NCBI GenBank assembly: GCA_016748015.1
Contig: JAAOMT010000128.1
Span: 1,867,538-1,931,537, forward strand
DNA from: Geosiphon pyriformis uo1
Taxonomy: Eukaryota > Fungi > Glomeromycota
Direction: 5' to 3'
Length of the DNA stretch: 64,000 nt
The position numbers and the translations under genes were made by a program. Positions 38,976 to 51,420 of this stretch are shown here, piece after piece. A model generated the notes under the pieces. That model had not been told where the DNA came from. It saw nothing but the letters and a program-made list of their open reading frames with translations, and searched no databases. How positions within the stretch are numbered: position 1 is the stretch's first letter; the number at the start of each line of letters is the position of its first letter.

Positions 38976-39704
38976 TTAAGCTTTTGTGAAACCATATGTA
39001 TCTGTTATCATGGCTTCATTCATGTAATGTTTGATTGTTGCCTCGAGTATTGCCTTTTGTAGGTCTTCAAACTGTTAATTGGTTATTTGTCTTATACTAT
39101 TAACCGTTATGGTTTTCATAGATCTGTTCAGTAGTATATTTGGACAATGTTGGAAGGCGGTGTATAGTCGGTATGTTGCTTTGTAATGTAAGGTCAGGTT
39201 GTTTTTCCCTATAAATTTTTCTACTTGTTGTATTGCTTCTTTGTTGAACATTTTCTGGCTGAGATCTTTATATGGTGTTTTCAAGTCAAGCTGTTCTCCA
39301 ATTTTGTAGAACCAATAAGCTGGAGGAAGTCTTTCTTTCCATTCCTGGGCATTGTCAGGTGTCCACTCCCCTGTTTCAGGGAGTTTGGTCCCATGAACTA
39401 AAGCTTGTTTTATTTCTTCGAGCTCGGAGACCAAGTATCTTCTTTTGTAACTTTTTTCTCGTTTTTTGCCTTCTTCTTTTTCACCCCCCGCCTGAAGGCA
39501 ATTTTTCCTCCCACATTGCCTTTCGGGTGGTGGGTAGGAAAGGAAACATTTAGTTCTAATTGAACTCTCGTCCTTCTCTCTCTTACTCTTATCTTTGTAC
39601 TATATTTTTTTTTTATTCATTGTTATTTCTATTTGAAATGTCGATTTTTGAATTGTTTCAAATAATTGTTTAGATAATTTTAAAATTTGATCTGAAAAGT
39701 CCAT
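38976..39704 (-). pseudogene. Gypsy-3 ORF3 (~240 codons, two in-frame stops)
   Basis: ATG at 39704 (MDFSDQILKL) is in frame with ORF 39075-39434. Stops lie at 39600-39602 and 39075-39077, and the frame continues QFEDLQKAIL to 38976. Homologous to Gypsy-1 ORF3. Confidence 0.7.
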
Positions 39705-39784
39705 GTTGAAATTTCTATCGTTTTTTGCTGCTTTTTGGATGCTATATATATTTGAATTTCCCAATTTAATTTGCTGCCCATTGT

Positions 39785-42700
39785 CTATATTTCGATAATG
39801 ATGATTGGTTCCAAATCTCGTGGTATATCTTCTGGTCTGATTAATGAAATTTGTGTTCTTAGTTGAGGTACTAATGATGATGATTCCTGTTTTACATGAT
39901 AAATTTTTAACCGATTTCTATGCACTACTTTCTTTAAAATCCTGTCTTCCAATCATAATTTGTAAGCTCCATTTCCTAATACTTTGTGTATGTGGAATAG
40001 ACTGTCTCACTTTGGGTCGAACTTTCCACTCCACTGTTTCTCAGCTTTTGTATGATGTAACAGTACTTGGTCTCCAATTTTGAATTCCATTGGTTGTTCT
40101 GGCAAGTGTTTATCATGTCTTTCTTTTTGTCGTTTTTGAGCATGACTAATATTGTCAACTGCTGTTCTTCGATTGTTTTCCAAAATTTCCATTAGCTAGT
40201 ACGTTCTTTGGTATAAGGTAGCCTCAAAATTCTCTTCATTGATTGTTTCTGTTGGGTATAATGATATCACTCATTCAATTGGTAACGTAGCTTTTTTTCC
40301 ATAGACTAGTTTGAATGGTGTGAACTGAGTCGTATTTTGTTTCAATGTTCGGTATGCAAAAAGTACAGAAGATATGAATAAGTCCCATTCTTGTCTGTTT
40401 TCATGACTTATTTTTGTTAGTGCTTTGCATAGTGTTCTGTTAAACCATTCTACCAGTCCGTTCATTTGTGGGTGGTATGGTGATAATAAGGGTCTCTTTA
40501 TTCCAAACCGTTGGCTTAGTTCAGTCAGTGTATTATTAACAAAGTGTGTTTTCTGATCAGATAATAATTTTTTCAGACATCCATGTTGGCAAATTAGGTC
40601 TTAATGCACAAATTTGGCGACTGTTTTGGCGTCAACCACTTGGATTGCTCTGGCTTCTGGCCATTTTGTAAGATAGTCTATGGCTACAGTGATATAGTAA
40701 TTTCCTTGGGATGTAATTGAAAGAGGTCCAACCAAATCGATCCCAATTCTATCAAATGGATTTTCAACTGGAATGAGTCGAAGTAGTTCTGTTGATCTTG
40801 CTCCTCCTCTTCACTGGCATGCATCACAATTGAGCATGTATTCGAAAATGTCTTTGTGCATTGTTGGCCAATAATATAAGTTTAGTGTTTTTTCGAGGGT
40901 AGCATCTTTGTTAAAGTGTTCTGCAGTCGGATCTGAGTGCACGCTATATAGTATAGTTTTTCTTTCACTGTCCGTGATTAGTCGTTGTGGATTGAGGTGG
41001 TTTCGGCGTTCTCGTCAATATAGTTGGTTGTCTTGAATAAAATAATTTCAGGCTTGTTTTTGTATGGTACTCTGTTCCTGTTAAGATAATATCTCCTTGA
41101 AACGTAGTGTCAATAGGTACTGATGTAGTTGTTGATAAGTGAGTATGTCCATGGGTCTGGGATTAGGTTTGTGGCACCCTTGACAAACTGTCAACATTGG
41201 TGTTCTTGGATCCTTCCTTGTAATGGACTTTGAGTGGGAATTGTTGCAGATAAGTACTCCATCTTGCATATTTTCCTTCTAGTTGTGGATTGTTGAGTAA
41301 CCAAATAAGTCCTTTGTGGTTAGTATATAGGTCAAATGGTTGACTGAGGTAATGTTTCCAAGTCTGTATGGCCCAATAAATGGCGAGACATTCCAGATCT
41401 GTTGTGCTGTAATTTTTTTCTGCTGGGCTAGTGCTGCGACTAGTATAGACAACTGGGTGTTCTCTATTGTCCAGTCTTATCTGTGATAAGACTGCTCCTA
41501 GAGCATTTTTCGAGGCGTCTGTAGTGACAATAAACCATTTAGTGAAATCTGAGTAAATCAGGATTGGGGATGTGATTAATCACTGCTTGAGATAGTCAAA
41601 TGCTTTCTGTTGATCTTCCTTCCACAAGTACAGTACGTATTTGAACAACAATTGATGGAGTGGTTTTGTGATGTTCGAGAAACCTTTGACAAATCGACGA
41701 TAATATCCTGCTAATCCTAGAAATTCTCGTAATTCTCTGAGGTTGATTGGGGCTGGAAAATCCTTGACTTTTTGTACTTTATCTGGATCGGGTTTAACTC
41801 CATCCTTACCAATTACATGTTCTAGGAATTTTAACTCGGTTTGTCCAAAGAAGCACTTCTCAGGATTGAGTTTCAATTCAGCACTATGAAGGCATTCGAA
41901 GACTTGTTACAGGTGAAGCAGATGGTCTTCGAATGTTTCAGAGAACACATTTGTGTCATCTAAGTAGACTACTACTAATTTCCAAAGAATTCCTTTGTAT
42001 ACTATATCCATTAGGCATTGAAACGTGGCAGGAGCATTACAAAGTCCAAAAAGCATTATGTTAAACTCGAAGTTTCTATTTCGAGTGGTAAATGCTGTTT
42101 TTCTTTTGTCTTTGGGGTCTATTTCAACTTGCCAGTAACCACTTGCTAAATCTAATGACGAAAACCATTTCTTTTTCCCTAGATTGTCCAGAATTTCCTG
42201 GATGAGGGGAGTGAGATAACTATCTCCTCATGTGACACTATTTAGTTTTCAATAATCTATGCAGAATCGCACTTTTCCATTTTTCTTGGTGACCAAGACT
42301 ACTGGTGAGAACCAAGAGCTTAACGATTCTTTGATTAAGCCATTATCAAGCATTTGTTGCACTTCTTGCTTAATTAGGTTATTGCCAGATGGGGGTACAC
42401 AGTAAGCTCATTGCTTAATTGGTCGAGCGTCTTCTGTATCAATCTGATGCTTCACAATGTCGGTGCGTCTGAACTTATTTTCACTGACAAAGACATTGGC
42501 ATACTGATTCAGAAGAACTTTGAGTTGCATTTGTTGCAAAGTACTTAAATTTTCTAAATTCAATTTATTGATCTCTTCTGGTGTGAACAAGTAACTTTTT
42601 TTTGGCAAATTCCATACTTGTGAGATAATGTTACAGAATAAGAATAATTGTGCAAAATCTGGAATGGACTGGGGTTTTTTAAGATTCTAACTATCTGCAG

Positions 42701-45700
42701 ATATGAAACCAATGAGGGTCCCTTCAGGGATTTCAATGACATCTTTTGTCGGGTTGTGGATGGGGATTTTGAAGTGTTTATGGGCTTTGGCCAGTAGGTA
42801 TAGATTAGCAACATCAGCTAGAGAACAGATTTCGGAACTGGTTTCAAATAATAGGGCTTGATCTTGAATCTTTCGATTTACCTTGAAAATGTATTGTCAG
42901 TATAGAGGAATGGAGATAACAGTGTCAGTGTGGATAAATTCCACCTGGTTACTGTCTTCCTTTGTGAAATTAACTGGTATGTTTCCTCTTCCACTTGATC
43001 CAAACCCGTTGATTCCTCGGGCAGTGAGCCCTAATTCTTCTTGGGTTGTTACTGGGGTTAATTGGGGTATTTTGACTAGGGGTAGGAAGATAGCTTGGAC
43101 AATCTTTTCTTGTAATTCTATTTTGTAGGGTCTGTCCGAATTGTTTTGTAGTATCATGATGATGTTTCCCATGTAACTGGCATCAATGATTCCTCCTTTT
43201 ATGTTGATTCTTTTTTTGGCTAGACTAGATTAAAAGGCAACTTGTACCATTGTACTAACAGAAATTTCTAATGCTATCTTAAGATCTATTTTTACGAGGG
43301 AATGTGAGACTATAATGATGGGTGATTGTCCGGGATATGGTAGATCGAAACCGGCATTGGTGTCATGCACTCTTTTGGGGCAGATTCTTTCCTCATTGTC
43401 ACTGTACCATTTTAGCTCTAGTTCTTTGGATAGGTCAGAATACGCAAAATACTGTTCTGTTTTGGTATCCTCAGTTGGATCTTGAAATGACATGTCCTTG
43501 GTAATCAATACCTCTTCTTCGGATTCAGGTAGTTTGGTGATTGGAAACAGTATTTTTGGAGGTGGATTGAACATAAGATCACATTCATCGCAGTACTGGA
43601 AGTGACAGGGAATCAAACAGTAATCGCATAATTTGGTATTCAAATTGGCCAACTTTTGCTTCTGTTCCTCGTGAGTTGGGGCCAATTCCTAATATCGGTT
43701 CTGAAATGTGTCTGGATCATCTGTGAAAAAATCATCCTCAGGGTAATCGGGTCCAGTATATTTGGGCATCCAAGGGTTGTTCTTAATTTTTCGTATTTCT
43801 TCGGGCATGGCGCCTTCAGCCTTGGCGCTTGCCATTCTCTAGATTTTGTGGTCATCATGTGGATAACTGTTTAGTCTGTTGAGTGCTTGTTTCCAAGCAT
43901 CCTCAATAGGAGTTTTCTTTTGTACTCAATCATTGATTAATATGGTGTATTGACAAGTCTCGTCGCATGTTCCTCCTCTGCCAGACACATCATTCCAGAG
44001 TCCTTCATCTGGCAGAATTTTGCCACATGCGAAGCATGGCGTGTGGTTCCATTTGCCTTGTCATTTTGGTCATCCAAATCTTTCTAGTAAACAAGACCTG
44101 CAATAGTATTTGGTGGCAGTGGGCCATTCTTCGTTGTCCCTGATACATGTGCCCATAGTGGATAGTTTTTTTCCACAATCGACACATATTAGTCTTGGGG
44201 GTTGATAAAATAAGTTTCTTTGGTCTGAGGTTATGTATCTTAGTAATGACGATTGGGGTTCTTCTTTGGTTCTGCCTTTTTCTTTTTCTTCCCAGGTTGG
44301 TGGTGGGAGTAGTTCAGTTTGATAATCATCCACCCATGAAACCTGATAGGTCTCGATAGTTGGTGGCATTGATGTGTCTTCGAATTCAATAAGGGGTTCC
44401 TCAGTACGTTGGTTTTTAAAGTGTCTGCACATAGCTGGGACTCGGGCATGCTGTTTGTTGAATGTGAGTTGAAGTTTTTGGGTGTTCCAATCGAGAGTAG
44501 CATTGGCTTTTGACAACCAGTCATTTCCTACTAGAGCTTGATATTAAGTAGCTTCTATGACGAATACTTTGGTAGGGATTTGAATTCTATTAATCTCAAA
44601 GGGGAAGTTGTCAATTTTTCCTATTGGGGTTTTTGTGTTCCCATCCACTGTAATGATCCGGGCAGTAGCAGCACAGTCTATTTGGCAATCTAGTTGGTCC
44701 ATGAGCTGCTTCGTGATTATGCTACCAGCTAATCCGCTATCCAGAATTAATTTAATATCTATTTCTCCGACTCTGATATCAGTGTATAGGGCCATTATTG
44801 GTTTATCCTGATTGATGGCTGCTCCACTAAAAAGGCTATGTGTGTTCAAATTATCGATGTCAAAAGGAAATATGGTGGCTAGGGTGGTGTCTTTGGTAAT
44901 AGTGGCTGGTGGGATATTGCTTTTTGTTTGCTTGGAAGGTTGGGAGATTCGTTCTATATTCCCTCCTTTCACAGGTGTAGATTTATCAAAACCCTGGTCT
45001 TCCATAAGACCGAGATAGGAAGCTTGATTTGGGTATCCAGTTGGTGTTGGTCAAGATTGGGCAGGACCGCAAGGGATTGGTCAAGACGGTTCACTGTTGG
45101 TTTGCACCTAATTGTTGTTGGGATTCCTCCATCCCTGATTATAGTCTATAGCTCGAGGTCTAGACAGGCTGTAAGAGGAAGTTTGATAGTGAGGGATTGC
45201 TTGTGTCATTGGTAGTGGTTGATAATAATTCTGGGGTGGTGATTGAGTGTATGGGATTTGTTGTGCATATAGGGGCGGTTGATTTTAAGGTATAGAATAT
45301 TGAGGTACCATGTTTTGCTGATATCTGGGTTGTTGGTATGGGTTTCCTTGATTTTGGTCTATGATCTTCCTTCTGCAGTCACGGGCGATATGTCTAGGTT
45401 TCTGGCAGTAGTAGTAGTTGTGGGGATCGGATCTCCAAGGTTGTTGCTGTTGTTGTGAGTATCTGCTATTATTGTTATTTTCTCTCCATTGGGGTGGTTG
45501 GTAAGTTCCTGTAGTTCTGGCTAAGAATCCCTCAATTTTCTGAGTTAGTTTCTCACTCAATTGGGTTATCTTTGCGTCAATATCAGAAGTTCTGTTAATG
45601 GCTAAATTAATGACTTGGGTATGATTCGCTTCTTGTTCTGCAGACTCAAAATTGTGAGCGAGAGTGATGGCATCTTGTAAACTGGTCAGATGGCGGAGTC

Positions 45701-46960
45701 TTACGGATCTTAGAATACTATTCCACAATCCTTTAATGAATTGATTAAGAACTTGCACCATGGTGTAGTAGTCCCTTTTGATAGCTAATATTTGATGCAG
45801 GATTTAATTAAATCATTCGAGATAAGTAGTTACTGCTTCGTGATCTTTTTGTTTAATTATGCTGAATTGATTCTGCAATCGGATTAACGTATTGGGGTCA
45901 CAGAAGTATTGCAGAAATGCGAGTTTAAACTCGGTAAAAGAGGTAGGCTTCTCTGCCAGGCTCTAGTATTATGAATTGGCGGTTCCAGTTAGAAAGAACA
46001 GCAGTGTCTGAACTGTGTGGTCGTTATTCCAACCATTAGTAGTAATTGCTTTTTCGGTGTCCGCGATCCAAGAATATGCATTATCTTCTTTACCAGAGAA
46101 TTTTTCCAATTTAGTGATATTTCAGTAAGCCATGATCCGGTTAATGGGTGGAGTGTTACTGATTATGTTTAAAGGAATTGGTGTCCATGTATTCGAGTGT
46201 TCTCTGGGTGCTAATGCTGGTTGCTTTCCTTTGTTGCTTGAACCAATAGGTTGTAAGATAGCTGTTTCTTCCGTCAGGGGAGATGCTGATTCTGCTAGGT
46301 TTTGTGCTGGTGACTGTTTCCAAGTTGACGGGTTTCCTTCTGTTTGACCGGCTGCTGAGTTAAGATTTCCAAACAGCAATCCATATTCTCCTAGTGATTT
46401 GGTCCAACTGTGTTAATTTCAAGGGTGTAGATTTCCAGGAGTTTATGGTGTTTCCGACTGGGTTTCCGGGGGTGGGTTAAATACAATTCTACTTTGGGGT
46501 GTCTGATGGTATGATGAAGTTGTTGGGGAGAGGACCCTTGATTTCTTGTTGACCATAGACTTGGCTTGGACAGTTACAGGGTTGTTGGATTCGTTTTCAT
46601 ATTCCTCAAAGTTGGATTCCACTGGTTGTTGTACTTGAGGGAATTGTTGTGCCATGTAATATTTAATGTCTGTATCGATTATGTGCAGAGTTTCAGCAAT
46701 TGCTCGGGTAGTCGTGGCTGTTGAGTACCCTAGTAAGCTTTGATGGATTTGTTCTCCAAGTCTTCCTGTATCAGTTGCGTGGCCTAACAAGCAGTCAATT
46801 TTTGCATTGATATAGTTACAAAAATCACTTTCTGTATAAGCGATTCCTGCTGGTATTTCTAGGTCTTTTCAAAAGTATTAAAATAGTGCTTTTCCGTACA
46901 AGGAGTGGTTTTTTCTTATTGTTCCAATAGTCACCACTTTTATGTATTTTTGGGGGTGCT
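39785..46960 (-). pseudogene. Gypsy-3 gag-pol (apparently one fused frame), disrupted
   Basis: gag knuckle YYYCQKPRHIARDC; IKLILDSGLAGSII; RT/RH KLNPEKCFF and FLGLAGYYRRFV; IN NGLVEWFNRTL. Confidence 0.92.
42988..43400 (-). pseudogene. dUTPase domain within Gypsy-3 pol
   Basis: All five trimeric dUTPase motifs: NAGFDL, F*SSLAKK (RSS site), GGIIDASYMGNI, EKIVQAIF, ARGINGFGSSG. Confidence 0.92.
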
Positions 46961-46979
46961 CTGTCTCTGTGGATTTATA

Positions 46980-46997
46980 ACCTTACAGGAAGCACCA
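46980..46997 (-). promoter_or_regulatory. Gypsy-3 primer-binding site TGGTGCTTCCTGTAAGGT, likely elongator tRNA-Met
   Basis: Starts TGG 2 nt after the 5' LTR end; 16/18 identical to the Gypsy-2 PBS. Confidence 0.85.
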
Positions 46998-46999
46998 AA

Positions 47000-48092
47000 T
47001 GTTATAGGTAAACTTGGTGGGTATGAGAAATGGTAACATTTGGTGCTCTCAATTATTGATGATGCGTCTTCTGCGTAATTCTGTTGGCTTAGTCTTGATT
47101 ATCAGTCTCTGAAGGTCTATTCCTGGATGTGAATTTTACCCATTGAGTTTTTTGGTTATAAAGCACAGAGTTTGTCTTTCGTTGATTGCAACGTTTTTTG
47201 TAAATGTGAGCTTTTTTCTCCAAGCTAACAAGCGCAGTCATTAGGGTCTGGCATTGTCTTTTCACCCTTCTGATAAGCTAACAAGATAATATTAATATCC
47301 AAAACTTAGAGGGAGCTTCTCTCTTTTACCAGGCTATCACGAAGTCTATTCCCAGACAGTTGATTTTACTATGTTGTCATTCCACAAAAAATTAAGACAG
47401 AAAAAGAAAGAAAAAAAAAAGAAAAAAAAAGAAAAGAAAGAAAAGATAAATTAGTATCGTCAATTGCCATGATCAAGAGCGATTGGTCCAAATTGTTAAT
47501 AGGTTCGAGGCAGTTATGCTAAGAGCATCTGTTCTAGAACGGAGGTACGAGACAAGGGTTAATTTACATAAATTTTACGAAGTTTGAGAACATGAATTCG
47601 CGATTCTGATTTCTTTTAATAATTGATTTATTTCAGGAGATGAAATAGGGAAGATAATAAAGAATGAAGGGGTATGGATATTTTAATTTTTAGTCTAGAG
47701 GTTCGTATCTATTTTTTCTTCTCTGCCTTTTCTCACTTCTACAACTACTTGCTTTTATATATTCTTTTGGTTTTACAGGATTGCTTTTAATTGTTTCGCT
47801 ATCGCTAGCTATTGCTTTGTTGTTTCTGTTATTGCTTCATTTTTCTATGTTATCACTAGTTATCCTATGTTATAACACCTTATCTGATATTATTACATGT
47901 TATTCTGTGTTATCTTGTGTTATAACACGTTATCTTATGTTATTGCACGCTATTCTGTGTTATTCTGCATTATAACACGTTATCCAACATTATAATGCAT
48001 TATCTAACATTATTGTGCATTATTCTGTGTTATGTCACATTTTTGGTCATGTTTCTTCATAACTTTGGATCGGTTTTTCTACTTGGGTAACA
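47000..48092 (-). repeat. Gypsy-3 5' LTR (1093 bp)
   Basis: TGTTAT...GTAACA, adjacent to the PBS. Confidence 0.95.
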
Positions 48093-51000
48093 ATGTGGAT
48101 GTTATTAGTTTTGATGAGCTTTTTCAAATGGTTAAACACTTATCAGATGGGAAGGCTGCTGGTCTTAGTGGTATTCCTAATAAATTGTGGAAGCATTGTG
48201 ATAAAACCATTCTCAAAAGCTTATTGAATCTTCTAAATTTGTGTTTGAGGATAGACAAGATTTCGATTTTGTGGAAAAGAGCATAGATTTCCATGATACC
48301 TAAATCTTATGATTAAGATGGAGTCTTGACAAACACTTGTTCTATTGCTCTACTGGAAACTGCTTGCAAAATTTTTTCTAAGATCTTTTCATATTAGATT
48401 TCTCTTGCTTGCAGTAAATTTGAAGTGTTGTGTAGAGATAACTTCTTAGTTCTTTGTGGTATCTTTACACAGTCTCCCATTTTTGCTGTTGGTTTGGTAG
48501 TGGAAGATGCTCTGAAAAAAGGCAAAGAGGTTTGGTTGGTTTTACAAAATATGTGCAAGGCATATGACTTAGCCAGCTGGCACTACTTGGAGGCTAGTTT
48601 GTGGTGTATCAAAATATGTAACAGGTTTATTAAGTTCTTTGGTGAAATTCATAAGAATAGATGAAACCATGTTATGACAGATTTTGGTCTCTCAAATGAT
48701 TACCGGGTACTGGATGGTCTCGACCAAGGTGAAGTGTTCTCTTCTTTCTTTTGGTGGATTTTTTATGACCTCTTACTGTGTAAAGTTAAGAGACAAGAGA
48801 GTTTATGTGATTACCAGATTGATACCAAGTTTGTGGCCAAATTAGGCAGAATAAACAATGTGGGTGGAATAACTTCATTCTTTGTGGTTGGTGCTTTTGT
48901 CAATGACACTATCTGAGTAGGGAGTAGTCAGACTGTCACACAATTTATATTGGATGTTGCTAGTGAATTCTTTGTGATTAATGATATTTCAATTAATAAT
49001 GACAAAACGGTGGCCATTTCCATTAACCAGAGGATTCAAAACACTGTTTTTAGGATCAGTGGGTTGCCTATTTTGATTGCCAAATATGATGTGCCTCATA
49101 GATATCTGGGTATATTCTTGTCAATTGATAATTTGTCCAAGTCCAGCTTAGCTAAAGCTCAATCTAATGTGAAATTTTTTTCCAATATAGTGTTATGTAA
49201 GACTATTTCTAACAAACAATTCTTGTATTTAGTTTTAGCTGTTCTTCAGCCTATTGTTGACTACTGCACCCAATTTAGTTTTGTGTCCTCTTCCATTTGT
49301 TGGCATTAGAATGCTATGATCAGGAAAAATTTCAAGTTAAAGGCTGGCTTGTCTTGGGATTTTCCGAATGAAGTGCTGTATCATCCCTTACTGTATAATC
49401 TAAAAACATTTGAGCAGATTCAAGCTGAGACAAAGTCTGCTTCTGTTATTAATTTTTCTAATGCTTCTGGAGTTGTTGGCCAACTTTTTGGACACCAGTT
49501 CCTGGATTTGCAAGTTTTTGGCTGGGCTCCTTTAAATCCTTTGCAGTTTCCAGTAAGATTACGGGTTAGTCCATCCAACAATTTCCTGGCTGAAATAGTG
49601 TATATTTTTCTGAACAATAATATTTTGTTGGTGAACAATTTGCCTAATGCTTTTCTTAATCCTGGCAGGTATCCTGTCTTTGGTGTCTTGGGGCCTTCTT
49701 TGTATTATGATCAGGTTGTTTCATTGAAGAGATTCAGTGTGGCTTTCTGTGACAGACTTTTGAACAAACATGGTAAAATATTGGACTGGTAAACATTCCA
49801 GCATTAGAAGAGACTGGATTCCAAAGAACCTGTGTTTTCTTGGTTCATCTTGGTTTCGAGATTTTTACATGGTGTGATTCCTTTGTTAGCATCTTCTAGT
49901 GATGATCCTATGGTGGATGTCAACAATGTTTTGATCTCTAGTCAATTCTCTAATGTCAAGAATAGTCTGCTGGAGGTCTGGTCAGATTCTATATTTGTTT
50001 TTACAGATGGATCTCTGAAAGGGCTTGGTTCTACTGACATGGCTGGAGGTGCTATGGCATTTTTTCTTGAAATCAGATTGGGCATAGGGGTTAAGATAGT
50101 GGGTCTTTTATCTTCAACAATGGCTGAATTACAGGCTGTTGCTCTGGCACTGGAGTGTGTTTCTTTTTCTTGTTCAGTGGAGGTGTGTTTGGACAGTTAG
50201 ACCACTTTGGATGCATGTGTTTCAGAGTTAAAGATAAGTGTTCCTGATTTTCGTAATTGCTGCTAGATGGAAAGAAGGCACATTGCAAATTTGGTTAATC
50301 AAAAGAACATTTTTGTGGTTTGGTCAAAGGTCAAAGACCACTTTGGTGTAGTGGATAATGATTGTGCAGATATGTTAGCAGGCATTTCTGCCCATTCCTT
50401 TTTGCTGCTGCCAACTAATGTGCGTGAATATTTTATGATGGCCAATGACATGCCAATATCTGGTAATATTTGACACTCTGTCTGTAATGTTTTTAGTTCT
50501 GTGAATTGTGTGCAATTAAAAATTGGCTCCAGTTCTAAGATTTTGTGTGGTTTTTTAGTGCATAGCATTGATTGGGTTAGGATTGTGGCTGTTTGGCATC
50601 CAGATTTGGGCATGCTATCTGGATTGACAAGTAGAGCTTCAGTTAGTTTGCATTCCTACTTTATAAAAGCTGTGTATGGCAGATTGCCTGTCACAGTCAG
50701 AAAGAGACTTTATAGCAAAAATTATCCTGGCATTTTGTGCTTACATTGTGATAAAGTTGAATTCTCAGATCATGTGTTTACTTGCAGCAAGGAAACTGTC
50801 TCCCATAGTGAGATTTTGTTCAAATGGATGGCAGCTTGGAGGTCTTTGTCTGGCTCTTATCTTCCAGTGTCTTTAGTAGTTCTAGAATCTCTTCTCTCAT
50901 GTGTGCATAATGTTGGTTTATATGTCTTTTTTTGCAAAGGCTTTGTGCTTGTAGGATGGTTTGAGGAAGCTGTGTGGATATTTGAAAATTGCAAAAAAGC

Positions 51001-51420
51001 TGCCCAAGTTCTTACTAATTTCATGCAGAACATAAAAATATGACATCATTCTGAGTTGTGGGGGTTTAGATCTCAGTTTAGAGCTAATATGGAGAGGAAT
51101 AATTTGGTCAATAACTCAGGTATATTGCCTGTAATATTTTGTGGTTCAGCACTGGGTTTATCAGATGGTATGGTCAGGTTGATTGGTACTGATGATTCTT
51201 TTGGAGTCAGTTTTGGTTTCTGTAAACCTTATCTGTTTTTTTTTGGTTTAGATAATTTGGTTATTGTTCTTATAAGTATGTAGTGTTGCTTTGATTAGTC
51301 CGAGTAATTAGTCACATGTAGTAAATACATGAATCGTGTCTAGCTGGGATCCATAGTTTTGATTCTGTATACTAGATAGCAATTGGGCTGCACTTATTAA
51401 ACTGTTAATAAAAAAAAATA
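48093..51420 (+). mobile_element. LINE 'E', 3' part (RT, RNase H, Zn finger, 3' UTR, A tail)
   Basis: GKAAGLSGIPNKLWK, GLDQGEVFS, GAFVND, VFTDGS...AELQAVALALEC, CLHCDKVEFSDHVFTC; stop at 51283; poly(A) at ~51410. Confidence 0.93.

Larger units (their letters stand above)
37840..48092 (-). mobile_element. Complete Ty3/Gypsy LTR retrotransposon 'Gypsy-3', dUTPase-bearing, inserted in LINE E
   Basis: LTR pair, 4-bp TSD ATGT (37836-37839 and 48093-48096), PBS, PPT (minus AAAAAGAGAGGGATAA), and gag-PR-Cys-dUTPase-RT-RH-IN-ORF3 order. Confidence 0.97.

Noticed and set aside
38527-39062. Hydrophobic ORFs (38537-38839, 47781-47975) as membrane proteins
   Set aside because: Antisense translations of T-rich LTR minisatellite sequence.
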